A stretch of DNA of 63,295 bases, filler included, from Dugesia japonica (GCA_001938525.1; 6 parts of 6 records of this genome joined end to end with filler, not necessarily neighbours in it); one strand, 5' to 3'. Positions 41,514-56,579 are shown, counted from the whole stretch's first letter. Translations and numbers: made by a program. Notes: generated by a model from the letters alone, not told the origin.

Positions 41514-42363
41514 TTTATTGTAAATTGGTCATAAGTAACACTTGATGACATTATTTATGACTTGTTGACTAAGACAATCTGAACATTTTAGATTATGATC
41601 TTAAATTAATTTAATTAATCAGAAAAAACAGTAGTTAATTTCCACAAAACTTTGTAGAGAGTTATGTAGATAAATTCAGCAAATTGAAATCAATAGGAAG
41701 AACTTTAAAATATTGTGTGAAATAAAAATAATACAATAAAAAATTATAAAATAGATAAAACAAAAATCTATTTGAAAAAGTTTATTTTTAAAAAATATTT
41801 TAAAAACTTTTTCCTCAGTGTTACATAATAAACTTCAAAAAAATGTTAGTGAAAATAAATTAAAAGAGAAATAACAATTGACAGTATCATAATTCGAGCG
41901 ATAACCTACACCCGTGGATAGTCTGTGCCCACTGATAAGCCATGAAAAGAACTATTTTCGTTTGTAAATTTCATAATTCGTATAACTTGCGCCCATAGAT
42001 AACCGGAAAATAGGATTTTTTGTAAAGTTTTGTAAAATATTTAGATTATTTGCGTGAAAATACGATGAATTAAAATTGGCTTTTATTGGTGACGATTTAA
42101 ATAAAAGTACAATTTAAATCCNNNNNNNNNTTAAGTGGAGTATTGATTTAGACAATTATTGGATCAATCATTGGACTTGACTATTGATTTTTTACAATTA
42201 CAATTATTACTAGAATAATTGTTGGACTTGAACATTGATCTCAATTTTAAGTTTCAATAAATTAAAAAGCATAGATCGAAAAGATGTTCTTTAATTTCTT
42301 GTTAAATATCCGGATTTTCGACAATAACTTTCTTCATGAATTCACTTCAAAGTCATAGTAAAT

Positions 42364-42779
42364 CAGAGCCGTCGCTAGGTAGGTTCAGTGCGTATATCGG
42401 AACTCAGCCTCGTGTTTATTGAAGCTCCGTTCACCGGACCTTTAATAATTAAAAACAATCTTTGGTCACATATGAGCCAGGATCAATTGAGTTCTTTGGA
42501 AATTTTGTCAAAAGAAAAGAAATTAGCAAATTATATGAGTTTTGAAAATATTTTAAAGATTTTGCCGCCAAAAAGGCGAGAAAATATTTTATATTTTTAT
42601 ATAATAAATACCTTTCGAATATTTTTTAAACGTGAATTTGTTATTAAGAATATTTTATTATTGCATTATTATTGTAAAAATCATATTATTTTATTAAATT
42701 CATTTTGAATAATACATTTTTATGAAAGTGTAAAGTGCTTTTTCATACAAAAAAAACCGCAAAAGCTGCACCGGCTTTG
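42364..42779. mobile_element. Non-autonomous hAT element with 8-bp TSD
   Basis: Ends CAGAGCCGTCGC / GCACCGGCTTTG; flanks TAGTAAAT and CAGTAAAT (7/8 identical). Confidence 0.7.
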
Positions 42780-42952
42780 CAGTAAATCCATTGTCGAAAA
42801 TTTAGATATTCGATAAGAAATTAGAAAAGTTCTTTTTGATCTACAATTTTAAATTTATTCAAACTATTGATTTTCAATCGGACTTAAAATTATTTAAATT
42901 CTTTGCGTTATCAATTTTACTTTACTTTATGAAATTATTCTGCATATATAGT

Positions 42953-44361
42953 CAGGCCCCAATTAACCAGATGAGGGACACTATCAACCCGAGGGCGCCA
43001 AAAAACCAAGGCGGTGAAAATTTGATTGGTTTTTATTCAATAAAAAAACTTTATTTTAATTTACTTTACATTTAGCGTATCTGCAATTTAAGTTAGTACT
43101 ATGTTCTATGTTATATTTGTTAACATCCATACAAACCATGTATGTAAAATTTACGTAAGTAATAGTCAAGAAATTTTTTCGCTGCTTCAACTGGCTGTTG
43201 GGAAATATTGAAACGTAGCTTATCTGTAAAATGAAAGATGCCAAAAGTACTGAGCACCAATCGATGGTCAGAACTTTCTGAATCAGTTTATGCTTTAGTT
43301 GTCGGATATGGATATTTTAAGAATGATCTTAATGATATATCTACAGATTTAACACAGAAATGTTCCATTAGAATTGAAGCAATAGGTTTGGAAAAGCAGT
43401 TTAATTTTCTCGAAATTTTGCTTTCTTTTTAGAATGATATTCTGAAAACTATGAATAAAATTGAAATTGAAATTGAAACAGTCGTTAAATTATACGCTTC
43501 GTTAGAGGTATATATTGAAGAACGTGGAAATGTAGATTCATTTAATTATTACAAAAAGAAAGAAGAGCTATCGGGATATTTTGAATTTAAAACTGCAAGA
43601 ACTGTTAAAAGAAAAAATCAGTTCTGTGAAGGGACATCAGTCGACACATAATTTTATAAAAATAGTAATTTCCGTATAAATATTTTTTATGTTATAAACT
43701 TTTGTCAGAAATAAAAAAACGGAAATCTGTACATTATCGTATTGCCACTAAATTTGGAATTTTAATGAATTTTAAAATGTCCGACGAAAATATGATACGA
43801 AAAAAAGCAATTATTTTATATAAAGATTACACAAATGATCTTGAAANNNNNNNNNNNNNNNNNNNNNNNNNNNNNNNNNNNNNNNNNNNNNNNNNNNNNN
43901 TGAGCAAATTTGAAAAACAATAATTGAAACGGAAGTTGAATACACTTTTCCCAACATAACAACAGCTCTACGAATATATTTAAGCATCGTCTGCATAAAT
44001 TGTAGTGGAGAAAGGTCGTTTTCAACTCTCAAGCGAATAATAAATAATTTAAGATCATCTTTAGGACAATACAAATTAAATAATTTAAGTATTTTATCAA
44101 TAGAATCGGTTGTCACAGAGAAACTAGATCACAAGGAAATTATAGATAAATTTGCCCATAATAAATGCCACAAAAGAAATATTTAAATTAAAATTTATTA
44201 TTTAATTTACACATTTATAAAATGTTTTGAATAATTCTCTAGGATAAATACATATTTCAGTTTTGAATTAAAGAATATTTTAAAAAATAAAATTGAGTTT
44301 TTATAATTGAGCGCAAAATTTTATTCAGCCCAGAGCGCATAAACTTGTTAATACGGCTCTG
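42953..44361 (+). mobile_element. Internally deleted hAT transposon with transposase C-terminal pseudogene
   Basis: Imperfect TIRs CAGGCCCCAATTAACCAG / CAGAGCCGTATTAACAAG; TSD TATATAGT / TATACAGT. LSTNRWS and the hATC dimerisation motif FPNITTALRIYLSI...SGERSFSTLKRI..LRSSLGQ..LNNLSILSIE. Confidence 0.85.
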
Positions 44362-46839
44362 TATACAGTAGATTCCAAAATAAACCCAAACTAAAAAAAG
44401 AAATATCGATAACATTTCCAAAAAATTCAAGTATATACATGGGGCTGTTAATGTACATAGCGTACAGTGTAAAATTTTGACAAATGTAACAAATATTAGT
44501 GCAAATATACTGGTGAAAAATAGGGTGGGTCGGTTCAAACCAGTTTTCATTTGTCCCGATTTACTTATTTCTTAGTTAATTGAAAATTTTATCATTTAAT
44601 AACTTTAAAATAAATCTTCAATATTTTTTCAAATTAAAAATTTTAAAGAAAATTTTGTCAGAATTTTTTGGATTTAAATCCATTCAAGCACACTACTGAT
44701 TTCTTTAAATTAGATTTACTACATAACATTATTAAGATTAATTATTAAATTGATTTGTAGTCAATCAATAAATTTAATATGAAATCAGTTGATCAATAAT
44801 TATTGTCAAAATGAAAACATTGAAATAAATTTGGCAGATTTGTAAATCGTTTTAAAAAAAATATTGATTTATAATGGAATTTTTCAAATCAATCAATCAT
44901 TTCACACTTTATTAATGGTAAAAACAATTTGTTGAAACAAATAAAATNNNNNNNNNNNNNNNNNNNNNNNNNNNNNNNNNNNNNNNNNNNNNNNNNNNNN
45001 NNNNNNNNNNNNNNNNNNNNNNNNNNNNNNNNNNNNNNNNNNNNNNNNNNNNNNNNNNNNNNNNNNNNNNNNNNNNNNNNNNNNTAGTTAAGGAGAGAAA
45101 AACTTGTCAAAACACATTCTAGAAATTGAGTATTAATTTTCAATATCAATTCTCTAAATATTGATATCTTTAAACGTTATTTCTAAAAACATTAAACATA
45201 AATTCCATACCCTTTTAAATCATTAAAATTAATTTAATTCTTTAATATTTTTTAATCAGTTCTCACATCTTTTCTCTGAGTATTTTCGTTCTTTATAAAC
45301 CGGTAAATTTCATTATTAAATTAAATTATAATTATCAAATTGCCGATTTCTAACCAAATTATTAAAAAAAAANNNNNNNNNNNNNNNNNNNNNNNNNNNN
45401 NNNNNNNNNNNNNNNNNNNTTTTTTTTAAAAAAACCCGTTTTTTCATTTTTTTCAATTCAACGAAAAAAAAATCAACCTACAATTATAAAATGATACACA
45501 AATTACGTTGGCATAAAATTTAATAAGGGTAAAACTAGGAAAAGGCGCCACTAAGCGAATCATGAAAACAAACGTGAAATATTGAAATTTATACTACTTA
45601 TTATATTACTGTTATCGTTCAACCATGAAACTACTGCATCAATGATTTGGTTTTATCGATAAAAATCGTTGTTTTTCTTCAGCACAGATTCATAACCGTT
45701 ATTGATTGTGGATTATTAATAATCAATGAGTTGAGTTGCCACCTGTAAATGATAGATAAATCTTTACTAATCCCATATGATGTTGTAGTGTAAGATTCGT
45801 CTATTAAAACACCTGCACTGACATGTTAAAAATTGTTATTTAATAGTATTTTTTTTTGTTAAATATTTCAATTTTAAATCGATTTAAATTTTAAGAGAGA
45901 AAAAAATAAACTAACAATTACAAAAAAAAAGATTGAAAACAAGTAATCACTTAGATAATTACTCTAACAGCTAATGAAAATAAACAAACAAACAAACATG
46001 GTGCCCACCAGAAAAAACATAAGACTATTTGATCGATTTAGTTACCAATCGACAAAATGTTTAATTAATAATCATTTGAAAATATTCATTTCCGGAAATT
46101 TTCAATAGTTAAAGAGAATTTATTTTGTAATTTTCTTATTAAATTTTGCTATTTTCAACAAAGTTCATGTAGAAAGAAAATAAATTGATAAAAATCAAAA
46201 AATAAATTTTCAGTATCGTGTTATTGCGTAATGGGTTGTCTTCAGTCGTTGAGTTGTTTTTTTGAATTCGCCACGTGTTTTAGTCACTAGATTGTTTAAT
46301 AAAATATTTTGAGTAAATTACATAATTTCAATTATCGACACTAATTTGTAGGGATATGAAACATTTAAATTAAATACTACTTATGAATAATACTACTTAT
46401 TAATTTACAATTTTTTTAAAAAAATTAATTAATTTATCGACGTTTTTTTACAACGTATCCAAGCTTAATAAATAAAGGATTTGCGATAAATTTTTAAATC
46501 CTCAATCAGTATTCACCATATTCGAGTTAATTGTGGTAATTTAATGCATGAAAATTATTAATTGTATACACTGTACACTACCAGTCTAAAAATTTGTACG
46601 CTGCAACACCAGTGTGTATGTATTATGCGGACACATTAATACAACCAAGTGTGAATGTATGTAATTAATTTTCTTCTAAATCACACCGCTCACTCAAACT
46701 ACAATAGATTTGATAAAAATCGCTATGGTCTTGAATTTTATTGGTCATTATCAAATTGACGAATCAAAGTAACTTGTTATTTTAAAACCATTTTTAACAA
46801 ATTTTTACAACATTTTTACAAACTATTGTTATTATTGCT

Positions 46840-49379
46840 ATGACTGTCGACGAACGAATTATGAATCGATATTCTCTTTCAAATTATGGTTCAACACCAT
46901 TTCAGAAATTATTTGATGTTTCCCAACCGTATCTTCAAAATCCAACTGATCTATTATCAACAAAACGATTCCCATTTCAATTCAGTACATATCCTTTAAA
47001 TTTCAATAATGTAACAACAGATTTATCAAAAGTCAATAATAATAACAATAATAATAATCAATTATGGAAATCACCAAATTCGTACCAGCAAAATGGATTG
47101 CCGTATTTTCCTCTTACTCATCACCAACTTTATCCATCAATAAAATATTTCCCCCCTCCCTCAAATTCCATGGAATTATTGAACAATTATTTACAAGGCC
47201 CCAGTCCAGATATGCTTAAATATATAGAAAAAATTCGTGAAGACGAAATCGCTACAAAAATGAAAGACAGTATTGAAGCAAAATTATGCGAAGAAGATTT
47301 GTGGAAACGATTCAACAACTTAACTACAGAAATGGTAATCACAAAATCGGGAAGGTTGGTTTCTGTAATTTTTAATTGATTTTCAGTTATTTCAATTCAA
47401 ATTTTTAATAAAGTTGTTCATTACTAACGAAAAATAAAACTTTGAAATTTATTGACTTAATCAGAAAAAACAAATTGTTTGTTTGCAAACATTAATACGT
47501 TGATTATTAACCGCTTTACTTTTAATCGTAAAATGCCATTTATGTTTAGCAAGATTGATCTGGTGTTAGCGGGTCATGAAATTTGATAGTCTTTATCATA
47601 TGTTTTCAGTTATCACACTGAGATTCTATAAATTGAGTTTTTTTATTAACTTATGCGGGGTAGGTTTGACATGGATATTTATTGATTATCTTTATATAGT
47701 ATAATTATGTTTATTTTAACGATTTTTATTTATTATTTTTCATTATTAATATTTTAATATCATTTCTATTATTATTATTTTTATTATTATTATTTATTTT
47801 ACTTTAGAAAATTTATATCGTTATAAAATTATTTACAAAATTTAAATAAATGAAAAATATTTCACGAAATGTATATATATATATATACACTTTATAATTC
47901 CTAAATTTTACCAAAAAAATTCAGAATTTTTGCTTTGATTTAACAATTTTTTAAAATCAAAATTTTTGGTTTTCTTTCATTTCTAATAAATTCTTAAAAT
48001 CATTTTCATTTAATATTAGATTCGATTTATTTTTCATTCTAAAAAAAANNNNNNNNNNNNNNNNNNNNNNNNNNNNNNNNNNNNNNNNNNNNNNNNNNNT
48101 CAACAGTCAAATTTAAACCATTTTAAATTGTGATGTTTGTTTTTAACTATCTTTTTCGATTGGATGTTATAAAATCACAAAAAAAGTTGACATAATTGAT
48201 TCATAACAAAGGGGTAAATCGATACTATAATTATCAATTGAAAAAGTTTAATTAAATATTTTTTTTAATATTATTTCTGTAGAAAAATATTTACAAACGA
48301 AACATTTCTATCATTTTAAATTATGACATATAATTATTAATAATCGATTTATCAATTCTATAATATACTCGATGTTATCTTTGGCTATTGAAATATTAAT
48401 TTTTCTTTATTAATCCGATATCCAATTTATTCCTCCAACTAATCAGTTAAATCGATCATAATAGATAATAAATGGCTATCTAAATTAAAATAATTTAATT
48501 AATCCAAATTGGAAAAAAATTTCCAAAAAAAAAGACAAAAAAAACACAATTATAATTAATTATTTAATAAAAATACATGAAATTTTATCAATAAATTTTA
48601 ATTAAAATTTTCAGACGAATGTTTCCTGCATTTAAGGTGCAACTATCAGGACTGGATCCAAAATCAAAATACGTTTTAGCTCTCGAAGTGATGCCATGCG
48701 ATGACAATCGATTCAAATTTCACAATGGCAAGTGGACGCTTGCTGGAAAAGCCGATCCGGAATCTAATCGACTCGTTTATTTTCATTGTGAATCTCCAGC
48801 TTCAGGTGAAAGTTGGATGCAAAAAGCTGTTTGGTTTAATAAAGTGAAATTAACAAACAATCCTACCGATAAAGATCCACAAGTAAAATTAAAATTTTAT
48901 TTTACTAAATTAAAATCAAATGTATTTTGATTGGATAGCACCTACAATTTGTCGTAATTTCTCTCGTCAGCATATAGAGATATATATACATATATGTATA
49001 AATAATCTCTTTAACTGTCATTGAATTAAGTGACAAATATCACACCTTCACTGAAATTTTCACACCTAATTTACCATATCAACCAATCACTATCATCCAT
49101 TGCCCGTTTGAAATTTCCTTTCCGTTTATTTTATATTTTATTTAACTGAATTTGCTATTCAATTAATTTACATTAATAATTATTTTTCAATGAATAATTA
49201 TTTTGATATTATTAATTACTTTACAGCATCTCGTGTTAAATTCCATGCATAAATACGTGATGAGATTGCATATATTTCGCACTGATGATACGAGTAAAAT
49301 TCGGTTTTGTCTCTGTCCAGAAGTGTTTCTATTCAAAACTACCGAATTCATTGCAGTTACAGCTTATCAAAATGATAAG
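46840..49379 (+). CDS. tbx2/3: T-box transcription factor, Tbx2/3 subfamily; exons 1-3, 3' end beyond the join
   Basis: Exons 46840-47354, 48615-48882 and 49227-49379 with GT-AG junctions. Spliced product LWKRF..TTEMVITKSGRRMFP..KFHNGKWTLAGKADP..KVKLTNN..LNSMHKY..TEFIAVTAYQNDK. Confidence 0.92.
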
Positions 49380-49820
49380 GTAATATTGTGTGTTCGATTA
49401 TTTATATATAATTGTTATTTTATATCATAATTAGTCAATATTATTATTATTACTATTATTTTTATAATTATTTTTATTGGTAATGATGATATCGATTCTG
49501 AAAATTGGGTCATCAAATTAGGCTGATTATTATTTTATGCCATCCTTATCTTTATTACCTGGTCGTATCGAATTTTTATCCAGATGATTTTGTATAAATT
49601 TGTTTTAACAAATATTGACTTTTGAAAATCTATAATTTTATCAATACCAATTATTTAATCGATAATATGATAATCATTATTTAATAATCCGTATGGATTT
49701 ATTGATTTCTCTTCGATTTTATAATTTACCAAGACAGATTTAAATCAAATTAAACTTTAAAAAATATTTTTATTTCAATTTTATTTTTTTTTCTAGAAAT
49801 TTATTTCCAGAGTATCATTA

Positions 49821-49886
<66 letters not shown>

Positions 49887-51907
49887 NNNNNNNNNNNNNN
49901 NNNNNNNNNNNNNNNNNNNNNNNNNNNNNNTTAATTAATTAANNNNNNNNNNNNNNNNNNNNNNNNNNNNNNNNNNNNNNNNNNNNATAAATAAGTAAAA
50001 AATTAAGTTTGAGAAATTTTAAAAATCATTTTAAAAAATTTTATTCAAAAAATGAATTTCAATTAAAATTATTTAATATAAACCAAAACGAGTGAAATAA
50101 AATTAAAAATATGATGAAAACAGAATTTATATATTTGTTTATCTTTATTAATGATTTATGATTTAGCTATCATTCTTTGTCAATCAATGGTGTATGTTGT
50201 TTTCCAGTGTTTAGTAAAAGTTGGGATAAATCGATATGTGGTAATTTGGATGACATCATTAATTTTATTATCTCATCCACATTATCATTTATCAAAATAT
50301 TCTAACGCAGTCATCATTATTTTAGATTTTTGGTACTTTTTAGCTTTTCATTATTTAGTCGTTTGACGAAGAAACGGGAAAATTGATTATTTCTTAGAAA
50401 TTTTATAAAAATACAAACTAGTTCATTTTTTTAAACATAAAATATGAAATCTAATTGAAAAGTTTCTTTTTATGATTAGATAAAGTATAAATGGATTTAT
50501 AATTATGGCTGTATTAGTATTTAAGTAAATATGATTTTATTGGATTGTATTTATTTTAAATGCTTTGTCAAATTTATGTTTTTTTAATATATTTGAATTA
50601 TTATGGCTTATCTAAGTTNGTAACTTAGAAATTTCAAATCAAATAATTTTACTGTTATGTGTAGGTGATTGTGGTTACGGTAATGTTAATTTTTATAAAT
50701 GGGTTAAAATATTCCACTGGCCTTGAAGATTTAGTCTGAGGATTTTTAAAATTAAAAATGAACTTTTAGTGCTTTTGAGACTAGACATTTTTTAGTTAGT
50801 TTGCAAAGAATTGAAATTGAATAAATTGTAAAGTAATTTGGTTTGAATAAACTGTTCAGACTGAATATTCAAATACGTTGGCTAATTATATATACTCTTG
50901 AAAAACAATGATAGACAATTAAACATCCTGTCTGATTAAAAAATTGTACAAAATAATTAAGGCGGTTAAAAATTCCCTAAATGTTTTATTGAAAATATTA
51001 AACATTAACTCTATGATAGCGGTAGTAAGCGTGATTACGATTGTTTAGTTATAAGTTGGTTTCGTGATAGTAGGTAATCATTTAATAGTGTGTACAGCTT
51101 CATAAATTTTTGCGATTCACGATAACTCGTGTAGATAAATAATTCTCGTAATCTTTTAGGTATTCTACATCTTGAAGTCGTTTCCAAATTAGTAAATTGT
51201 GATCACTTGATTTTCATCTTAGTTATCGGTAACTGACAAATAATGGTTCTAATACTAACAGGATTTGCGTCGTATGTGTAATTCCTTAAATTTAGGAGCA
51301 AAACACCCATGAAACTATTTGTATTTAAATGCACTGTTATTAATGTTATTTTATTCACATTATAATGAGCACTCGTGATTTGAAGTATCTATTGATTATT
51401 AAAAGCTTTAAAATTTTATCACCAGATTCATTACTACATAATAAGTAACGTCATTTGATCTTTAGATGCTTTGAAACCTGCAAATTATTCTAATTACACT
51501 ATAAAAGTATTGGAAAACGTTTTTTCGAAATTAAACCAATTTAATTGTTATAAAATATTTTATCTGGTGTATCATTTATAAAATTGTTTGTGCTGGACAC
51601 ATCAATTTATTGTACGAAGTCATACCCAAAATAATATTCAAAATTACCGAAGTAGTGAAGGTACAAGAAAATCATAAGGTAGTTTACAAGCAATTCAAAG
51701 AAAGCAAGCACCCAAAAATTTATGCTCGATTTATATTAAAATGAAAACCAATTGGGGGGAAAGAAAATTTTTAACAGGATTTTATTGTAAATTCTACACA
51801 ATACAAATGATTCGACAGCAATTCCAATGAAATTCGACTTAAGGCATGAATTATTAATTAAATAATCAAATTCGTAGTAAAATCAAGTAATTCGCATTAA
51901 ATGAAAG

Positions 51908-51987
51908 TATAGGGTGTTCCAAAAATAATTTCGTTTTTTATAATTTAGGAACTTGTAAAAAACGAAATTTTTTTGGAACACCCTATA
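51908..51987. mobile_element. ~80-bp hairpin MITE, Tc1/mariner type
   Basis: TATAGGGTGTTCCAAAAA..TTTCGTTTTTT / AAAAAACGAAA..TTTTTGGAACACCCTATA inverted arms with TA at both ends. Confidence 0.75.
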
Positions 51988-54431
51988 AATTGTTATAATT
52001 AGAACTAAATTTAAATTTAATTGAACCAATAAAAAATCAGATTTCAATAAAAGAGTATAAATACCCTGGATTAAAATCAACGATCGATCCGGAATTCGTG
52101 CACTTGAAGGACAAAATATTTCCTCTTAGAAAATCAGAATTCAATCTAAGTAAAAAATCAAATAACTATCTCTCCTCGTCAAGGTAGAAAATAAATCATT
52201 TAAATTATCAATTCCCTTAGAACGAAATTAAACAATATTCAATCAGACCACAATTTTCATTAAGAATAAAAAATTAATTCCCGAAAATCCAACAAACAGT
52301 TTCTCATTCAATTGATTAAATCGGATTCCATATAACGAAATCTCGTGCAAGTTAGCAATGTCCCCTCCAGTTAAATAAGTATTGCAATTAACAAGGAAAA
52401 TCAGATCCCAGTTCGCGTGTTAAAATTTATATTCTATCCCGAATAATTTAGAAATCATTTCTCCACGCCAATCGAGTGCAAGAACAGAAAAAGATTTTAG
52501 AAGTTCGTGTGCGGAAATAAAATATAAAATTCCTCCCATATTGGATTTAATTCACTTTTTCGTTCTGAAAATAATTGCAATCGACAACCAAATTCCTAAT
52601 TCATCGAGAAGAGAAAAGAATCCGCCATAATGGTCGCCATTTTAATTTTTGTTAAGAATTTGTCTATTTTAATTTATTGTAGCTTGGTTCGATCTCACGA
52701 TTACTAAATTAAGATTATCCTTTGAAGAAATTAGAAGAGTTTTTATTACAATATTCCAGATCTTCCATTAATTAATGAAGCAGTGGCCATGAAAATTAAG
52801 TGTCAGCTAGAATGGTTACGAGCTACGCCGATACTATTATCAAGTACTGCTTACCGAAAATATGCCTAAAGAAAACAATATTCGGAAGCTTCACTTCTAG
52901 ATAATTTATTATACAACCTCTCAAAAAGAAGATGGGACACTCTATAGTCTGATATACAACCACGATTTGTAGCTAATTATTTTGACCTTGAATGAACAAT
53001 ATTGTCATCTTATATTTATCATTCAATAAACATATTGATTTATCGACGTCTATTTTTCTTGCATATGAATATAGGAGAGCACCGGTTAGGCATGAGAGAT
53101 TCTATCGCTATATGTCTATTTATTTATTTCTTTTATGCTAGTACCACAGAGCGTGGTCAAAATAACAGTTCGAATCTTTCAACTATTGCGAATACCACAT
53201 AGTGTCGGAATAATTTACAAACTTTTAGTCAAATTATTAAAAAGAATTTAAAAAGCAACTTTCAAACTGTTTAGATACCAAAATGCTTTCAAAATAATGA
53301 AGACAAAATCAATTGGTTGAACTTTCTTGCTAATTCCGTACCTGTTATAGATAAAAAATAAATGAAAATTAAGACTTGAAATAAAAATTTTAAAAATTGA
53401 AGAAAATAAAGTAAAATATCAGGCAAAATATGAAATATTTTTGAAAAAATACATCACGACAAATAACTTCTTATCCAGAAAAGTTATTAAAGCTTCAGAA
53501 GGAAAGAATTTTGAATGGTTTCATATTAAAAATACCAATGAAAGATATTTTGCCATCTTAATGACTTCATTTGGAGCGAGTATAATCCATTCATGTATCT
53601 ATTTAATGGACTAGATGTAAGATTCCAAATAGCTAAAAATGGGCATGTTAGATCTAAAGCTTCTTATTTGACTCAGAATAATGGAGAAGCATCAGAAAAC
53701 TCGACTTCTTTAAAATGGTGCTTGAAACATCTAAATACTCGCCGATTGATAGTATTGTTGGGGTGAAACACCCGATAAAGGACCAAGGTTAATAATGGAG
53801 AAGAAAGAAGAAGAAAGGAAACCAAGAAAGAGCGATAGTCCTAGAAGAATCAATCACGACAAATCTTGTTTAAAAAAATTGAAGTGGATAATTGCTAAAT
53901 ATCAAAATAAGAAAAAAAGCAGCAAAATAAAGATGTTGGTAGAACAATTTGAAGAACAACAATAAAAATAATTAAAAGGAATTATTAAATTATTAAAAAG
54001 GATAAAGAAAAATACTCAGGAAAAAACAATTAATTATGCCAGAATACCAATTAATTATAAACAAAAAATAAATGTAAATTAGTTATAAAACAGTTTTCTA
54101 GCAATATCTCTACTCCAATTAATCCTGGAATTAAGGGATAAGAAAAACTGTACAGGATTTGTATCAGGCTATCCGATTTTTGACAATAAAAAATAATGCC
54201 ATAATCCAGAGGGTCGTCACGAAGATTTTAAGATCGATCCAATAGTATCCTAGAAATAAAAAATAAGATAAAGAACAAAAACTCACCTGATGATCCAAAA
54301 ATAGCTGCCAACAGAATTACAGAAAAATCTGCAAAATTCCAGAATAGTGACACCACCACCAATAGAAATGGGCTATTTCAAATTAAAAATAACCAACCAA
54401 CAAAAACAAAGTCAAGTTGCATCGGAAAACC

Positions 54432-54437
54432 TATAAA
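54432..54437 (+). promoter_or_regulatory. TATA box conserved between elements A and B
   Basis: A: AAGTCAAGTTGCATCGGAAAACCTATAAAGG. B (minus strand, TATAAA at 62353-58): AAGTCGGGTTGTATAGAGAAAGCTATAAAAG. Both lie ~670 bp from the 5' terminus. Confidence 0.6.
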
Positions 54438-56444
54438 GGCACCCGAATTTTAGCAAAAATAGACAACATTTTACTACGTTTTGCTTGTAATGTTATATCA
54501 TATTAGAGAAAAAACAAACTCATTACGGAAAATTATTGAATATAGTACGGTAAGATTACCATTTCTATTCAACAAATTCATTGTGTCTCAATTGAAATTC
54601 CAGAGAAGAAATGTTCTACTATCTACGGAAGAAGACTGAATAGGAGAAATAACCCACTACGTGTAATCGAAATTATTTCGCATTTCCTTTTTGAAATCCT
54701 ACCGTTGCAGAAATTCTTAGCTGGCTAGTAAGTATTGTTTTGTTATTTTACGTTTTTAAATGGTTATGTATTACAATAGCAATAAATCTGTTTATGATTT
54801 AATTTATGTGATGTAGTATTAAAATAAAATTAATTAATTAATCGAATTCAAGATAAATACACCGAATAAATAACTTTATATATTCAATAAATTAAAATTG
54901 ACTAGTAACCAAGACAACCGCGGATTTCATGATTAATTTATTGCTGGCATTAGGATATCATATTCGATAGACACACCATCCCGCAAACTGGTAATTATGA
55001 ATGCAATGAAACCTACCCCAAGCATCTCTCTGTGTGTGCATTAATCTCGAGAGAGTAGTCACGATAAAAGTAATCAAAATTCATTGACCCCATTGGCATA
55101 CAGGTGAATCAATTTGTAATAGATGAACCAGTCTAGGGTGTGTGACCATGTCAATTGCATGCTAATCTATAAGCAAATCACTAATATGCGAGTCAGGAAA
55201 AATTATGAAATTCACCTAACGATTTCTCCAACTGGCTGGAATAATCCGAGACTGTTATAATAATTTGAAATTGTACTACCCTCCTATGGATATATCGAGA
55301 TACATATGCCAAATAGTTAATTCTTTAAGAAAATGGTGGATATTGAATCGTCACAAATCCACAGTTATCAGGCTGTCTAGTGCAAAAAGTGGTACAACTC
55401 CTCCAAGTAGACTAACTTATGATCTCTACTTTCGCGGTGAATCGGAAACTAATTACTTAAAGTTATGTCAAATGAACATCGTGTCGCTACTAACAAGAAA
55501 GTCTGGTGATTTTATTTCCTTCTATCCCCTGCATCGAATTTAGTGTTTCCATCAATTATGTAAACGCCAAGTGTTCTCAAATCAAATGTCGTTTTTTAAC
55601 AATATAATTGTTTTAATCATTATTGTATTTATAATTCATTTGATTTGCCGATAATGCTTTGAGTATATTTATTATGAGTAGTATGAGCAAGGTCTGTTTT
55701 CCCAACATTAAAAAATGCAGCGACCTTGTTGGGTTTTAATTTTTTTTCAGGTTTAACTGATAATTATCCGGTAACAAAGAATCGTAAGTTTATTATCATT
55801 ATGAACAATAATCACCACTCGCATAGTCATTAGATGTATTGTTGTCCTTATTATTGGCTATATCGGTAGGAGTATCGACCCAAGTTGGCAAAATAGTTGA
55901 TATGGCTCCAATTCCGATTGAATACGAATGTTGTGACTGACCGCCTCAAGGTTTAGGTTAATAATTTTGCCCCATTAATCTTCACCTGTCTTATTATTAT
56001 TACCACTACCAATGCTATTATTATTATACTTATTATTAGTTATCGATATTCCTATAATAATTGCCAATTATTGCTATTATTATAGTTATCCGGATTGATT
56101 TAAGAACTGATATTAGCTTTGTTAATTATCATCAAAGGTCACTACGGTTAAGATGATTAAGATTCTTATCAGTATTCCTGCATGTCGTAAATGATTAATA
56201 ACGAGATTCTCACTGTCCATAATTTTGCTAGGTCAGGCATCGACTCCAACGCTGGGGTAATACATTGCAGTAAATAAGNNNNNNNNNNNNNNNNNNNNNN
56301 NNNNNNNNNNNNNNNNNNNNNNNNNNNNNNNNNNNNNNNNNNNNNNNNNNNNNNNNNNNNNNNNNNNNNNNNNNNNNNNNNNNNNNNNNNNNNNNNNNNN
56401 NNNNNNNNNNNNNNNNNNNNNNNNNNNNNNNNNNNNNNNNNNNA

Positions 56445-56579
56445 GAACGCGCGCGTCTCCGAAAACTTATAGGCCATTCTTTATTTCCTGAGCTAGTAGA
56501 ACACCCCGACGAAACTGATCTACAATGTTTCGTCGAGCTATTCCCGTTGTCAACGACAATCCATACAGAGGAGGAATAG
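56445..56579 (+). CDS. Cassette ORF0-A (5' end in gap), small orphan protein
   Basis: ERARLRKLIGHSLFPELVEHPDETDLQCFVELFPLSTTIHTEEE*; homologous to ORF0-B; AATAAA ~30 nt downstream. Not in the ORF track. Confidence 0.75.
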   Translation, partial: ERARLRKLIGHSLFPELVEHPDETDLQCFVELFPLSTTIHTEEE

